64,000 bases of DNA from Podarcis pityusensis (Eukaryota), in NCBI GenBank assembly GCA_964106645.2, contig OZ067040.1; one strand, written 5' to 3'. Positions 38,629 to 49,641 of this stretch are shown one piece after another. Numbering within the stretch: the stretch's first letter is position 1; every line of letters starts with the position of its first letter. The notes beneath the pieces are model-generated. The model saw only the letters and a program-made list of their open reading frames with translations. It did no database searches and was not told where the DNA came from. The position numbers were made by a program, and so were the translations under genes.

Positions 38629-41600
38629 CTGAGCAAACTGTTTCCATGCACTTGATGATGTCAGTTTCCCTGTTCCGGGCCTATACATTGGAGCCAGTGT
38701 ATAGATTTCCGTGCTGTTTTTCTGTTTGGACCGTAGGAGTGCAAGGGTAATCTTCGTACTCAATCCTGATGGGTTTGGGTTACAAGAACTAATGCACCAT
38801 GAAGCATAAACAGACGATTTCAGGGTTGTTTGCTGGACAAAACTAGGCTTTGTGTAGTTTAAGAAGCACCAGCTCACAGTTGTGGTAGTGCGCAAACTAG
38901 GGAACTGTAGGATTTGCTGGAAGTCTGCGAGATCTGTCAGGAGAATTGTTGAAGTCACCGCTTTCCCACTTGGCTGCGATGCCATTTGTACCAACATACC
39001 AAATGGCAATTTCTGTTGCTTGGGTTCGTCTTCTATCTGGCTTTCCGCTGATGGCAACCTGGTGGGGCTGAGACTCATGTCAGATGATGCTTCATCTACG
39101 TCCAGTTCTTCTGGGGATTCTCGGCCTTCCGAGGTACCACTAGACTTTTGCCCTGGAGAAGCAGAGTCAAAGCTAGGGAGCTTCTCCCTGCTTACTGGGG
39201 AAAGCTCAGTGGGAGGCATGTTGGTAGCTGGCGAATCTTGAGATGACGAGGACGGCAACGGAGAGGACGGCACACTTTCTTTTGGCTCAGTAGTACAGCT
39301 CTGCCTAACCAGCTGAGGCTTTTGAGGTCTGGGGAAGCTTTTCTTTATGTCCGAACTGGTGAGTTCTACAGCACTTAGCTCCTCGACAATCTGCCCATAC
39401 ATCTTTTCATCCTTTACTCTCTTTTGTTGCTTGGTTTCCATGAAGAGCTCCAGGCTGCTTGCCGGTGAAAGCATTCGCTTGTTTCCGCCTAGGGTAGAGG
39501 CACTATCTGAGCTGGAGGTTAAGCACAATGGGATGGAAGGATCTAAGTTCAGGGACAAGGTCTGCGGTACTTTCCACAACCCTCCATGCTGGCCTAACAT
39601 CTGCGCTATGTTGAATCCTATGCCGTGCATGGTTGCACTGGTGGCTAATGTCCTTTGAGAAAGAGTGTCGTCGACTTTGCAAATGACAATGGCAGGGCTG
39701 CTGCTCTGAGCAAGAATCTGGGAAATGCTTGTGTACATAACACTACCATAGGATGGCACGTGGGTCTGGATCCTGACGGGAACAACTGTGCCCGGTAACG
39801 ATTGGGCAGGCCCAATATTCTGGGTTTCAAAATCCACCTGTAGCTGTTGTTCAGAAGAGGTATCGGTTGATTTAATGCTACAATCGGGCTGGTATGTTGC
39901 AAGTGCATTTTTAGAATACTGTCCTGATGTTCCTGAGTAACGCTGGTAGGTTTGCTCTTTAGCATGGACATAATCAGCAGTTTTCTTTCTGATATGCTCC
40001 TGAGCATATTCCAGGTGGTAACCAGGGTGGCTTTCAGTTGAGAAAGGTTGCTTGGAGTAAGTTTTCTGAAGCTGCTGTACAAAATGATGCGGAAAGGGGG
40101 ACTGAGAGTGTTCCGAAGGCCACAGGGGCTGAGAGGGCAAGTGAACCATGCAGACTGACGGATACGGAAACTGCAACAACGTGTTCTGGAAGGGGAGAAA
40201 GGGAACCTTTTCTTGCAGTGCAAATAGATGTTGCTGTTCTGTTGAGTATTTGCTTGGAATATAAGGTGCTTGCGGGATTGAGGAATGGGAAAGTGGAGAT
40301 AAACTAGTGCTGCGTGGGGGACAAGAACCAGCAGACTGCTTCCCGGAGTCATCCAATTGGACAGAAGAGGGGGAAAGAGGCCAAGCCACATGGGAAGACC
40401 GAAGGCCGGCATGCCCGTGCTCCATTTGCTCTTGCTTTATATTTTGTTCCATGCTTGGATCAGCTTGGGAAATCTCCGGAGAACCACTGAAAGAAGCCTG
40501 GCGAACCAAAAAGCATTTTTTCCTTTCTCTTGCTGGAGATAAAGAGGTAGGAGGCGGACCTACTGCCGAAGCATGAGTCAGATTCCCGTAGTCAAAGGAT
40601 TTGCTTCGGATCTCAGGGATTTCGGCAGGGTGGGGACAGGGCATCTGTTCGGACGAGCAGCGCCTCATTTCCTTCTGTTGGTGATGCCCAGGGACAGAGA
40701 GTGAGTAACTGCCAGCTGGGACGGTTAAAAACTCAGACTGTTTGCCAAACTCATCCTGCCTTGTTGACGTTACGAACTTGATACTGTCCTCCCTCTCGAA
40801 GGACATGGACAAACTGGAACTATGGGACAAATTGCTCTCTTGGCTAGGGCTCCGAGAAAGGCTCGTCCCTGTGGACTCAAAGCTGGACTCTCCAGAGGAG
40901 TGCTCCAAGTCAGCCAGCCGCAAGCGTTTCTTCTTCGGAGGTAGCTTCTCGGCCGGCAGCTGAGAAAGGGTTTCGCTCCTCTGTGGCCACTGGAACTCTT
41001 CTGCAGGCTTCTCCGGCTCTTTGGCTGGGGCTTCCCTCTCTCTCTCGGGTTTATCAGGCTCCTCCGTCACGCGGATTTCAGGTACCTGTATATTATGCTG
41101 GCGAACAAGCCTGGGCTGCATGTGATATGACTGAGAATGTTGGGACGAAGAAGGCTGCTTGCAAACAATGCTGTCAGCGGTTTCCGTTTGCGGGACCCTA
41201 TCCGGGCTCATTGGGGAATCTGCAATCTCACTTTCACAAGTCTCAGACGACGAATACATCTTATCTTGCTGGCAAACGACAAGCTCTGTAGATTCAGACC
41301 TTTCAAACGAGTTGGGCCGGCTTAATGAATTTGTGTGTTGAATGACAGAGATTACGTTGCCTTTTCTGCTCAGGGACTCCGAAGCCTTTTCTTGATCGCT
41401 TGTCAAGGAGCATTCTTCTAAGCTTGTGGCTGGGCTTCCAGACTGCAGGTGGGGTCTGCAAATTTCAAAGCGGTCTGGGTGAGAGTGCACAGAACTGTCG
41501 TGGCTTTGGACGGCATATCTGGTCCTTGGCCCTTCCTGGATTTGTAATTTAGGATCAAAATCGCCACTCATGGGGCTGCCGGAAGCACCGCTGCACAAGG

Positions 41601-43755
41601 ATGGAGTGTCTTCCTCATCTCCAACACTCTTTTGTATTCTGCGCTTTCTAGTTTCAAAGGTAATGCTATATGTAGAAGACACTGCCTGCAACTGTGCAGA
41701 TGATTCAGGATAAAATTCTCCCCCTTGCTTTGACCCGCTCAGAGATGGTGTGTCTCTATAGCTTTGCTTCAAAGGCCCATAATCTTCCCATTTCCTGTAG
41801 TGCTTCCCAGAGGCGTCCCCCTCGTAAAAGGGCCTCTCCCCTGTTAGCAACTTCTTCATGCCCGACCCTTTTTCTCCCACGGTTGACCTGCTGGAAGCAA
41901 CCATAATGTTCTTTGCTATTCTCCCATGGTACTCTGAATCTGAGTGTCCTTCCTGCAGTGATGGCAGCTCAAAGGCCGCTTGTCGTATAAGCATGCGCTG
42001 GTGGGGTGTTCCTATTGTCCCGGGGTAAAACACATCATCGGAACCAGTCATCCTCTCGTCAAATGAATGGCTTCCTCTTAAAGCCGAAGGGACATTCAAG
42101 TTGGTTGCAGACGATGTCGGCATGGAGTTGCTTCTAATAAGCGGGTTTGTATCTGCTGGAGGCTCTAGGAGAGATGAATCACTTGGGTGGCTTCCTGGAT
42201 AAAGGCTTGATTCACTTTTGATGGATGATGTGACATTCTGAGACTGTTTGGATTCCATACTGCTGTCGTTAAAGACTTGGCTACTTTTTATAGTGCTCAT
42301 TTTGCTAGGATCAATTAGTGCTTCTTTATTTGGAGACATTCGCTCTTCAAGCATCTTCATTTCTAATCTAGGGTTTGTGAGAGGTAGGGGCTCTGCCTTG
42401 CCTTTTCTACCCATCGAGCTACGATCCTGATTGGCTGTCGCTAAAGGTTGTGCCATCCTTTGATTAATCCTATAGAATTTTCCAAAGATTATTTCTTCGT
42501 AAGACTTTGCATTTGTATTTGGTGGGCTTATTTGCTGCTCGGCACTCTCTGAGCGCGAAAAATAACCAGAGTCAGTACTTCCTTTGCTGTGGGGGCTCAA
42601 GAGATTTAATGACTGCTCAGAATCCTGCCCTTTTTTCTCAGATAGTCTTAGTGCAAGTCGCTGCTTAACTGTGTGAGAGTCATCAGACTTACTAATTAAT
42701 GTGTTCTGCAGATTGTCAGATCCAATGTGTGGGGAGCTTTCACATGGTAACTGCACGCCACTTTTGGGAATAATCAAAATGGGGACTTTCATTGGGCCTC
42801 CCAGGGATTCTTCTATGGATGAGTGAAAGCCACTTCTGCTACCGATGTCCAATGGAATCTGCGGAACGGGGCTCAGTTTGTCAGAACCTTCGACAAATAA
42901 CGAAGTCTCTTCGTCAGTATCTGTACTCTGCTCGCCATCTGAATGTATCTCTGCCTCCACGTCGATAAAACTGGCGTCTAGGTCCAATTTAGATACAGCC
43001 GACTCTGTGAAAGGTACTAATCCCGCTTTGATCGCATGGGCATGCGATTTCCTGTGCTTGTATAAATTGCTCTTTGTCTTAAACGAGAAGCCGCAAGGGA
43101 CACAAGGGTACGGACGCTCCCCAGTGTGAGACCGAATATGTTTCTTAAGTACACTAGGTTTGGCACAAGCCCGGCTACAGTACGGGCAAATGTATTTGCC
43201 AGGCTTTTTGGGTTTGTGTTCTTTCTTATGACCATCTTCCGACTGTTGCTCTATACACTTCTGAGAATACTGGCTATAAGCAGGGTTCAGACTCGAAATC
43301 TTCTTCCTGGAGAAGCTTCCGCTATGGCCATGCACGTGAAATGGAAACAAGTCCTCGGAGGCAACCGGCTGCAGGTGGCCAGGAAACTGCCATTTGTGGC
43401 CTTCTAGGCGCTGATGCGGCTTCAGGTTGTGCAGGAATCCTTGTGGCAATGAATGCTGGGGGAAAGAAAGCGAATGTTGACATGAGTAAGGACTCTGAAG
43501 GTGCTGCGGGTATTGCTTGTCTGTGGCCTGCTGGGCAACGTCGCTAGATGACACTCCTTTCCCAGAACTGAAAAGCTGTGCAGATGCTGGGTCCCCCATG
43601 TGTTCTGGGTCCCTTTGTGACTGTCCTTCCAGGCTGCCATGTGCGCTCATCTTAACATTAGCCGAATGTTCCTGCCTCCATCTACTTGGTACTTTAGCTG
43701 TTTCTCCAGACCTTGAGGTAGCATTTTGCCCTACAGCTGTATCTCCGGAGTCCAT
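38629..43755 (-). CDS. HIVEP2: HIVEP2 first (giant) coding exon, 5127 nt / 1709 codons; N-terminal C2H2 zinc-finger pair, [11 protein letters not shown], Ser-rich region
   Basis: ORF 38527..43806 contains [97 protein letters not shown] and [18 protein letters not shown], typical of Schnurri/HIVEP proteins; the N-terminus fits HIVEP2. ATG at 43755 is in strong Kozak context (acaaaATGG). Phase-0 donor CAG|gtaact at 38629/38628. Confidence 0.97.
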
Positions 43756-44155
43756 TTTGTCGCGCAAGGTCTTAAGTGCTAGTTCACTCGAAAGCTGTTC
43801 AGGCACATGAAGTTTCTCCAGTGCTGTGCTTTTTTAAAGTTAAGTTGCTCCCATTTCTCCAGAGCTGTTCCAAGTTCACAGACTTCTCTTTCTCTGTGGA
43901 ACGGTCCACGCAGTAGTCTTATAGGCATTAGATCTTTCGTAGCTCTATGCTAAAAAAAGGTTAATTGTCACACAGTTCTGTTCATGGCAGGAAGTGTCTC
44001 TGAACAGTTTTATTATACATCCATCAAGACTTGCTGTGGCATTTGAACATTATCCATGGTTTTTAAGGGTTCAGAAGAAGAATGATCCAGGGGGATATAT
44101 TTGCTCGTCAACTAAAGCAGGGTTCTAGACATTCCTCCCAAAAAGATGCAGTAGT
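43756..44155 (-). other. HIVEP2: 5'UTR portion (400 nt) of the giant HIVEP2 exon
   Basis: Strong acceptor ctctcttttaactttctctcttacag| at 44156/44155. An in-frame TAA lies upstream of the main ATG. Length is similar to the ~387-nt human counterpart as recalled. Confidence 0.8.
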
Positions 44156-44320
44156 CTGTAAGAGAGAAAGTTAAAAGAGAGAGATTAATGCAACAAAATA
44201 CTTAAGAAACATTCAATTGAGTGAATGAGGCTGGAACTAGATGTTCTCTGAGTCACTTGGTTGTTGCTGAAAGCAGCCATCTCCCATCTCTTCCTCCTTT
44301 TTTCCTCATGTTATTCAACA

Positions 44321-44543
44321 AACCAATGTGGTGTGCAGTGGTTAGAGTGCTGGACTAGGACTTGAGGGATCAGGGTTCAACTCCCCACTCAGCCATGAAG
44401 TCTCATGGGTGTCCTTGGGCCAGTCACCAACTCTCAGCCTAACCTACCTCACAGGGATATTGTGAGGATAATATGGAGGGGGGGGGGAACCATGAACACA
44501 ACCTTGAACTCTTTGGAAAAAAGGTGGGATATAAATGTAATAA
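44321..44543 (+). mobile_element. Squam3-type tRNA-derived SINE
   Basis: tgtggtgtgcagtggttagagtg (box A), gggttcaactcccc (box B), ccttgggccagtcac core and L2-like tail ggtgggatataaatgtaataa. Confidence 0.85.
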
Positions 44544-44936
44544 GGATTTTCTTTAAAATGAAAATAAAATGGAAAGTGTGTGATACAGCGTTACTGAGCT
44601 CTGATTTTCCTGAACCTTGCTTCCACTTGATAACAGCTGCTTGGAGGTGCCAAAAAGCTCACAACATCATGCCGCTAGATGTTACAGAGGAAGGAGAGAC
44701 CAAGGACCACTGTTTACAGCAATAACAATGCAGGTTCCACAATGTCTAGCTCTGGCCTGATACCACCAAATATGTCTATTAAGAAACAGTGCTTCCACTC
44801 AACCTATCTGTGCAGACAATATATGGAGAAAATCCTAAAAACAAACAAGCAATGGCTCGAATGGAAGTTTGTGAAGTTGCACACAAAAATATGTTTGTTT
44901 GGGTTTTTGTTTTAAAAATGAAATGACATAGATTGT

Positions 44937-45584
44937 AACAACAACAACAATTTATTATTTATACCCCGCCCATCTGGCTGGGTTTCCCCAGCCACGCTGG
45001 GTGGCTTCCAACAAAAGATTAAAAATACATTAAAACATTAAAAACGTCCCTAAACAGGGCTGCCTTCAGATGTCTTCCAAATGTCAGGTAGTTGTTGATT
45101 TCTTTGACATCTGATGGGAGGGCATTCCACAAGGCAGGTGCCACTAACGAGAAGGCCCTGTGCCTGGGTCCCTGTAACTTGGCTTCTCGCAGTGAGGGAA
45201 CTGCCAGAAGGCCCTCGGCGCTGGACCTCAGTGTCTGGGTTGAACGATGGGGGTGGAGATGCTCCTTCAGGTATACTGGGCCAAGGCCGTTTAGGGCTTT
45301 AAAGGTCAGCACCAACACTTTGAATTGTGCTCGGAAACGTACTGGGAGCCAATGTAGGTCTTTCAAGACCAGTGTTATGTGGTCTCGGTGGCCGCTCCCA
45401 GTCACCAGTCTAGCTGCCACATTCTGGATTACCTTCAAAGGTAGCCCCAGGTAGAGTGTGTTTCAGTAGTCCAAGCGGGAGATAACCAGAGCATGCACCA
45501 CTCTGGCGAGACAGTCCGTGGGCAGGTAGGGTCTCAGCCTGCATACCAGATGGAGCTGGTAGACAGCTGCCCTGGACACAGAAT
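44937..45584 (-). mobile_element. 5'-truncated L2 LINE (ORF2 C-terminus, 3' end, (TTG)n tail)
   Basis: ORF 45019..45438 reads IQNVAARLVTG..DHITLVLKDLHWLPVRFRAQFKVLVLTFKALNGLGPVYL, a diagnostic L2 C-terminus. Upstream RLDY*NTLYLGLPLK carries a stop. Confidence 0.92.
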
Positions 45585-46505
45585 TGGAAACCACACCAGT
45601 AAGCATATATTATCTGTGGAACAATAGCAGTAATTGTGATGGGCAGCAGGACTACCTCATGTCAGAAGCAGCAAAATGATATAGTGCTGGAAGGGACTAT
45701 GGGAGATAACAACCAACTAAAAGATACTCTGAATAGACCTGCTGAAAGTAGTCAGCTTAAGTCCTTTGATTCTAGAGGGTATACCTACCGGCTCACAAAG
45801 TAGGAAGGAGAAGCTTTGTGTCCTGCCAGACGTTGGCTTTTAAGGGAAGGTGATTACAAGATATGCATATGCAAATCTTGTTCTTGTGGCTCCCTACTCA
45901 TATCCACACAGATTAGGTCATGCTAGGTCCAACCTACGTGTGACATACAGATCCATGCAGTGATCTTTTGATGTTTTGAAATTTTACTGAAAAGCAGCAG
46001 CAGGGGGCACCAAACTAGACCCTTTCCACTGCGGATTCTATTTCCAGTCTAAATCCCCTACAAACTGCAGTTAGCCCACAGCCGCTCTGTTCCAATTCAG
46101 AGACCCTAATATATGATTTAACATGTAAAAAATTAATATACCAGGAATTCAGCCCATACATTAGTCTAGTTTGGTCCTTACAACTTATGCAGCAGCATCC
46201 AGGGCCAGCCTGTTTGTGGAAGATCTGCAGCTAGCAAGATTCTTTGCAAGTCTTTGAATGCAGAATATGCAAAACTATCAAACAACTAAGGCAATTACTA
46301 GATCAGGCCATTGGCATCTAACCCCCAAAAGCTGCATATGTCTAAGTTTTACCTAAACAGTTTCTGCCTGTTTTCCACATAAACAGAAGAGCCATGATAC
46401 ATGCTACCAAGGATAGGATATCTTCGTTTTGTTTTGAAATCTTTCCTGTTCCAGTGCCAGAGCAAAGGATATCTTTAATTTGAGTATTGTTGTTTTTAAA
46501 GTTAC

Positions 46506-46550
46506 CTGCATCTTCTTGGCCTCCACTGTACATGACTATCTTGAAGCTTC
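46506..46550 (-). other. HIVEP2: 45-nt non-coding 5'UTR exon of HIVEP2
   Basis: tttttttctttccctctag|GAAGCTTCAAG...AAGATGCAG|gtaact. Strong splice signals; 45 nt matches the human exon preceding the giant exon as recalled. Confidence 0.75.
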
Positions 46551-48055
46551 CTAGAGGGAAAGAAAAAAACAAAATAAAAATAATTAGGAAAATGTTTAAA
46601 ATCTATATGGACCTTGCACAAAGAGAGAGAGGGAGAGCTATTTTAAAATTGTTCCAGCGCTTATCCATCTTCAATGAATAGAAACTGTTTGGGGGTTTTT
46701 TTGGGAGGTGGAACAGACACATTACCTTCTGTTCTGAAGAATATGTTTTTTTTTAAAAAAGTCCTAGCCAATATAGCTTTTTATGTTACACCTTTGAGTA
46801 TACAGTCAACAAACTCCAATATCTCTGCCACTGGCCTCCCCAGCAGCGCTAAATAAGGAAATGAAGCCGCTGTATAGTGAGTCCAGGATGGGGGATGAGA
46901 GACAAAAATGACAGAATAAACAAGGGATGGAGGAGGGGAAAGACCTCTGCAGGAGATCAATTCTTACCTGTGTCGATGTAGGCAGTGGGGAGAGAGAATT
47001 GGGGAAGGCTAAAGTGATGGAGAGATGGAAGGGAAGAGGAGAAAGAGGAAGAGAGAGAGAACAGGTAGAAAGGAGAGCGCAATGCAATTCTGCAACATTG
47101 CAAATCCCACCTACATTTGTCTTTGGCTCCACATACTTTTGGATCTAGATCAGCCCCCACCCCCATTGGTTGAAACTCTGTTTTCCCAGTAGTCAAAATG
47201 TCCTCAGTGGGGGAAAGGCCCCACACCCCTGTCATAAAAGGAATGTCTGTTTAAAAGGATGGGCGAAATCAATAAATTATTTTTGCACCATACTTATTAT
47301 GTTTCTGAATACACGGCTTCATATAAAGAACAGATGTTGGCTTACAAATAATTTTCAAATTGCAATGTACAAAATACTGGCTTCATTAATAAGCTAATTA
47401 ATTATCTCACTAGCCAAGCTCCAAATAAATAAAAAGGCACAGTTGCTTGGGGGAGGGAACTGACTCTGAAGAAAGCCAGATGGTTACGAGCAAAATAACT
47501 ATGCTATTACATAAATAAAGGAAATAACATCTTTCCTTCTTACCAAATATCTCTGTCAGCCACAGTGATGAAAATGTCAAAAGCAGCAAGAATCCTGCCA
47601 ATTCTATAGCTGCCCTGGTAAACAAACTGACCGCAATCTAACAAGAGGCAGGTCAAATACAAAAGACAGGGTAGAGAATCGCCCCACGTGCAACAGTGTG
47701 CCTTGCTCAGGCAGTTCTCCATTTCAAAGATCTGGAAATGCAGCAGCAGGATGGGTACCCATCTTCCCTCTTCAGACGTCCCACTTTCTCCATCCCTCTA
47801 ACCATTTATTCAGTACAGGGGGAGGAGAAACTCCTGAGATTCTTTCTGCACACTTTGCAGCAATGAAACCAGGTTACCCATCTAAAGCTGTGCACACACT
47901 CCCATTTACTCTGTAGCCACTGGTATGGGAAGTGGAGCATGCAAGATGTTAGCCACAATCCACATCCACCCTGTATCTGTCCTGCATCTGGGTGAGTTCC
48001 CCACCACCACCACCACCAAAACCAGCTTCAATCCCCACGTGGTTAAGAGAGCAAC

Positions 48056-48412
48056 CTAAGGTAAAGGTAAAGGGACCCCTGCCATTAGGACCAGTCGTGA
48101 CCGACTCTGGGGTTGCAGTGCTCATCTCGCTTTATTGGCCGAGGGAGCCGGCATACAGCTTCCGGGTCATGTGGCCAGCATGACTAAGCCGCTTCTGGCA
48201 AACCAGAGCAGCGCACGGAAACGCTGTTTACCTTCCCGCCTGAGCGGTACCTATTTATCTACTTGCACTTTGAGGTGCTTTCGAACTGCTAGGTTGGCAG
48301 GAGCAGGGACCGAGCAACGGGAGTTCACCCCGTCATGGGTATTCAAACCGCCGACCTTCTGATCGGCAAGCCCTAGGCTCATTGCTTTAACCCACAGCGC
48401 CACCCACGTCCC
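48056..48412 (-). mobile_element. Full-length Sauria SINE (Squam1) with 12-bp TSD
   Basis: 5' GGGACGTGGGTGGCGCTGTGGGTTAAA, box B GGTTTGAATACCC, (ACCTTT)n tail. TSD taagagagcaac at 48044-48055 and 48413-48424. Confidence 0.93.
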
Positions 48413-48444
48413 TAAGAGAGCAACATAGGTGTGTTTAAAATGTT

Positions 48445-48489
<45 letters not shown>

Positions 48490-48620
48490 ATATAAAACAT
48501 CAAGCATTAAAAACTTCCCAATACAGGGCTGCCTTCAGATGTCTTCTAAAAGTTGTGTAGTTTTTTTATGTCCTTGACATCTGAAGGAAGGGCGTTCCAC
48601 AGGGAGGGCACCACTACACA
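48445..48620 (-). mobile_element. (GTA)n microsatellite fused to a short L2 3' fragment
   Basis: About 15 GTA units, then acagggctgccttcagatgtcttc...ttgacatctga...gggcgttccac, close to 45054-45145. Confidence 0.8.
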
Positions 48621-49606
48621 GCCTAAGTTCCAGGAAGGCCTCAGTCAAGCTGATTCATTCACAGCCACCATCAGTACCACTAATAAGCTTCGTTTCACCC
48701 ATTTTTATCATGGCTGGTTAACTCAACATTAACTCAGGTGGGATCAAATGCACCCTGACAGCACTTAAAGAAATTCCTAAAACTTTTATGTCTGCCTTTC
48801 ACAACCATTAGCACAGCTGGGTGTGTTTTTTGTTTTGTTTTGGGCCCTCTTATGGGACTGAGGTAATTTTGCTTGTCTTGATGGATGGGTTTTACCCATA
48901 ATTTTATTATCAACTGAATTGCTTTAATGGAAAAAGTGCCTTTTTAGTAGTGGTTCCTATACCTTTGAACAGCCTGCTTATAGAGGTTCATCTGCCTCCA
49001 TGCAGCAGGTCTCCATAAGTCAAGTGCTGCATGCTGTGCCTATAGCATCCACTAGAAGTTACCTGTGCACACTGTCACAATCTGATGGAGAGTCTCTCTG
49101 CTTCTGCCAGTTGTGCCTGGCAGCAGTGTGTGTGTGGCGGCGGCGGCGGCGGCGGGGGGTTACGATAGCTCAGTGGCAGGAAAGGTATCCAGTTCAAATA
49201 GTCTGCCCCGGTATGATGCATCTAACATTCTGACTAACACACAAGGTTCTCCAAGTGACAGTCAGGCAACCCCAAGCAGTATAACATTTGGACTTCAAAT
49301 TGCAAACCTGTAATAAGAGGAGGATCTGGTATTCTACTCTTTTCATCAAGCATTATTAAGAAACAAAGTGAAAACTTTCTTTGGATCTCCCAGTGATGGA
49401 GTAGTATTTATTTTGCCAGATCATATACATTTTATTTCAGATGTTCAATATTTGCTAATAAAGCAGGGTAGAGAGAGGTTATAAGTCTCTTGTGGTTGTG
49501 GCTTTGTGGCTGGCAGTCTACACTGTTTCCCAAGTTTTTCCATGTAGGAATGTAATTTCCAGGACTTTTCACTGGCTCTTCATGAAAGATTGAATGGTTG
49601 TGTATC

Positions 49607-49641
49607 ACACACACACACACACACACACACACAACACACAC
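49607..49641. repeat. (CA)n microsatellite
   Basis: Interrupted CA run. Confidence 0.95.

Noticed and set aside
43756-43806. N-terminal extension [17 protein letters not shown] in the ORF track
   Set aside because: It starts at GTG, not ATG. The HIVEP2-like N-terminus and strong Kozak ATG are at 43755.
27976-43810. Many plus-strand and alternative-frame ORFs overlapping HIVEP2 exons
   Set aside because: These are antisense shadows of GC-richer, repetitive coding sequence with no independent protein motifs.
45019-45438. 139-aa ORF as a host gene
   Set aside because: It is the C-terminus of L2 ORF2, with an upstream stop and deletion.
49135-49160. (GGC)n run as a CpG-island promoter
   Set aside because: Only about 7 units in otherwise CpG-poor surroundings.
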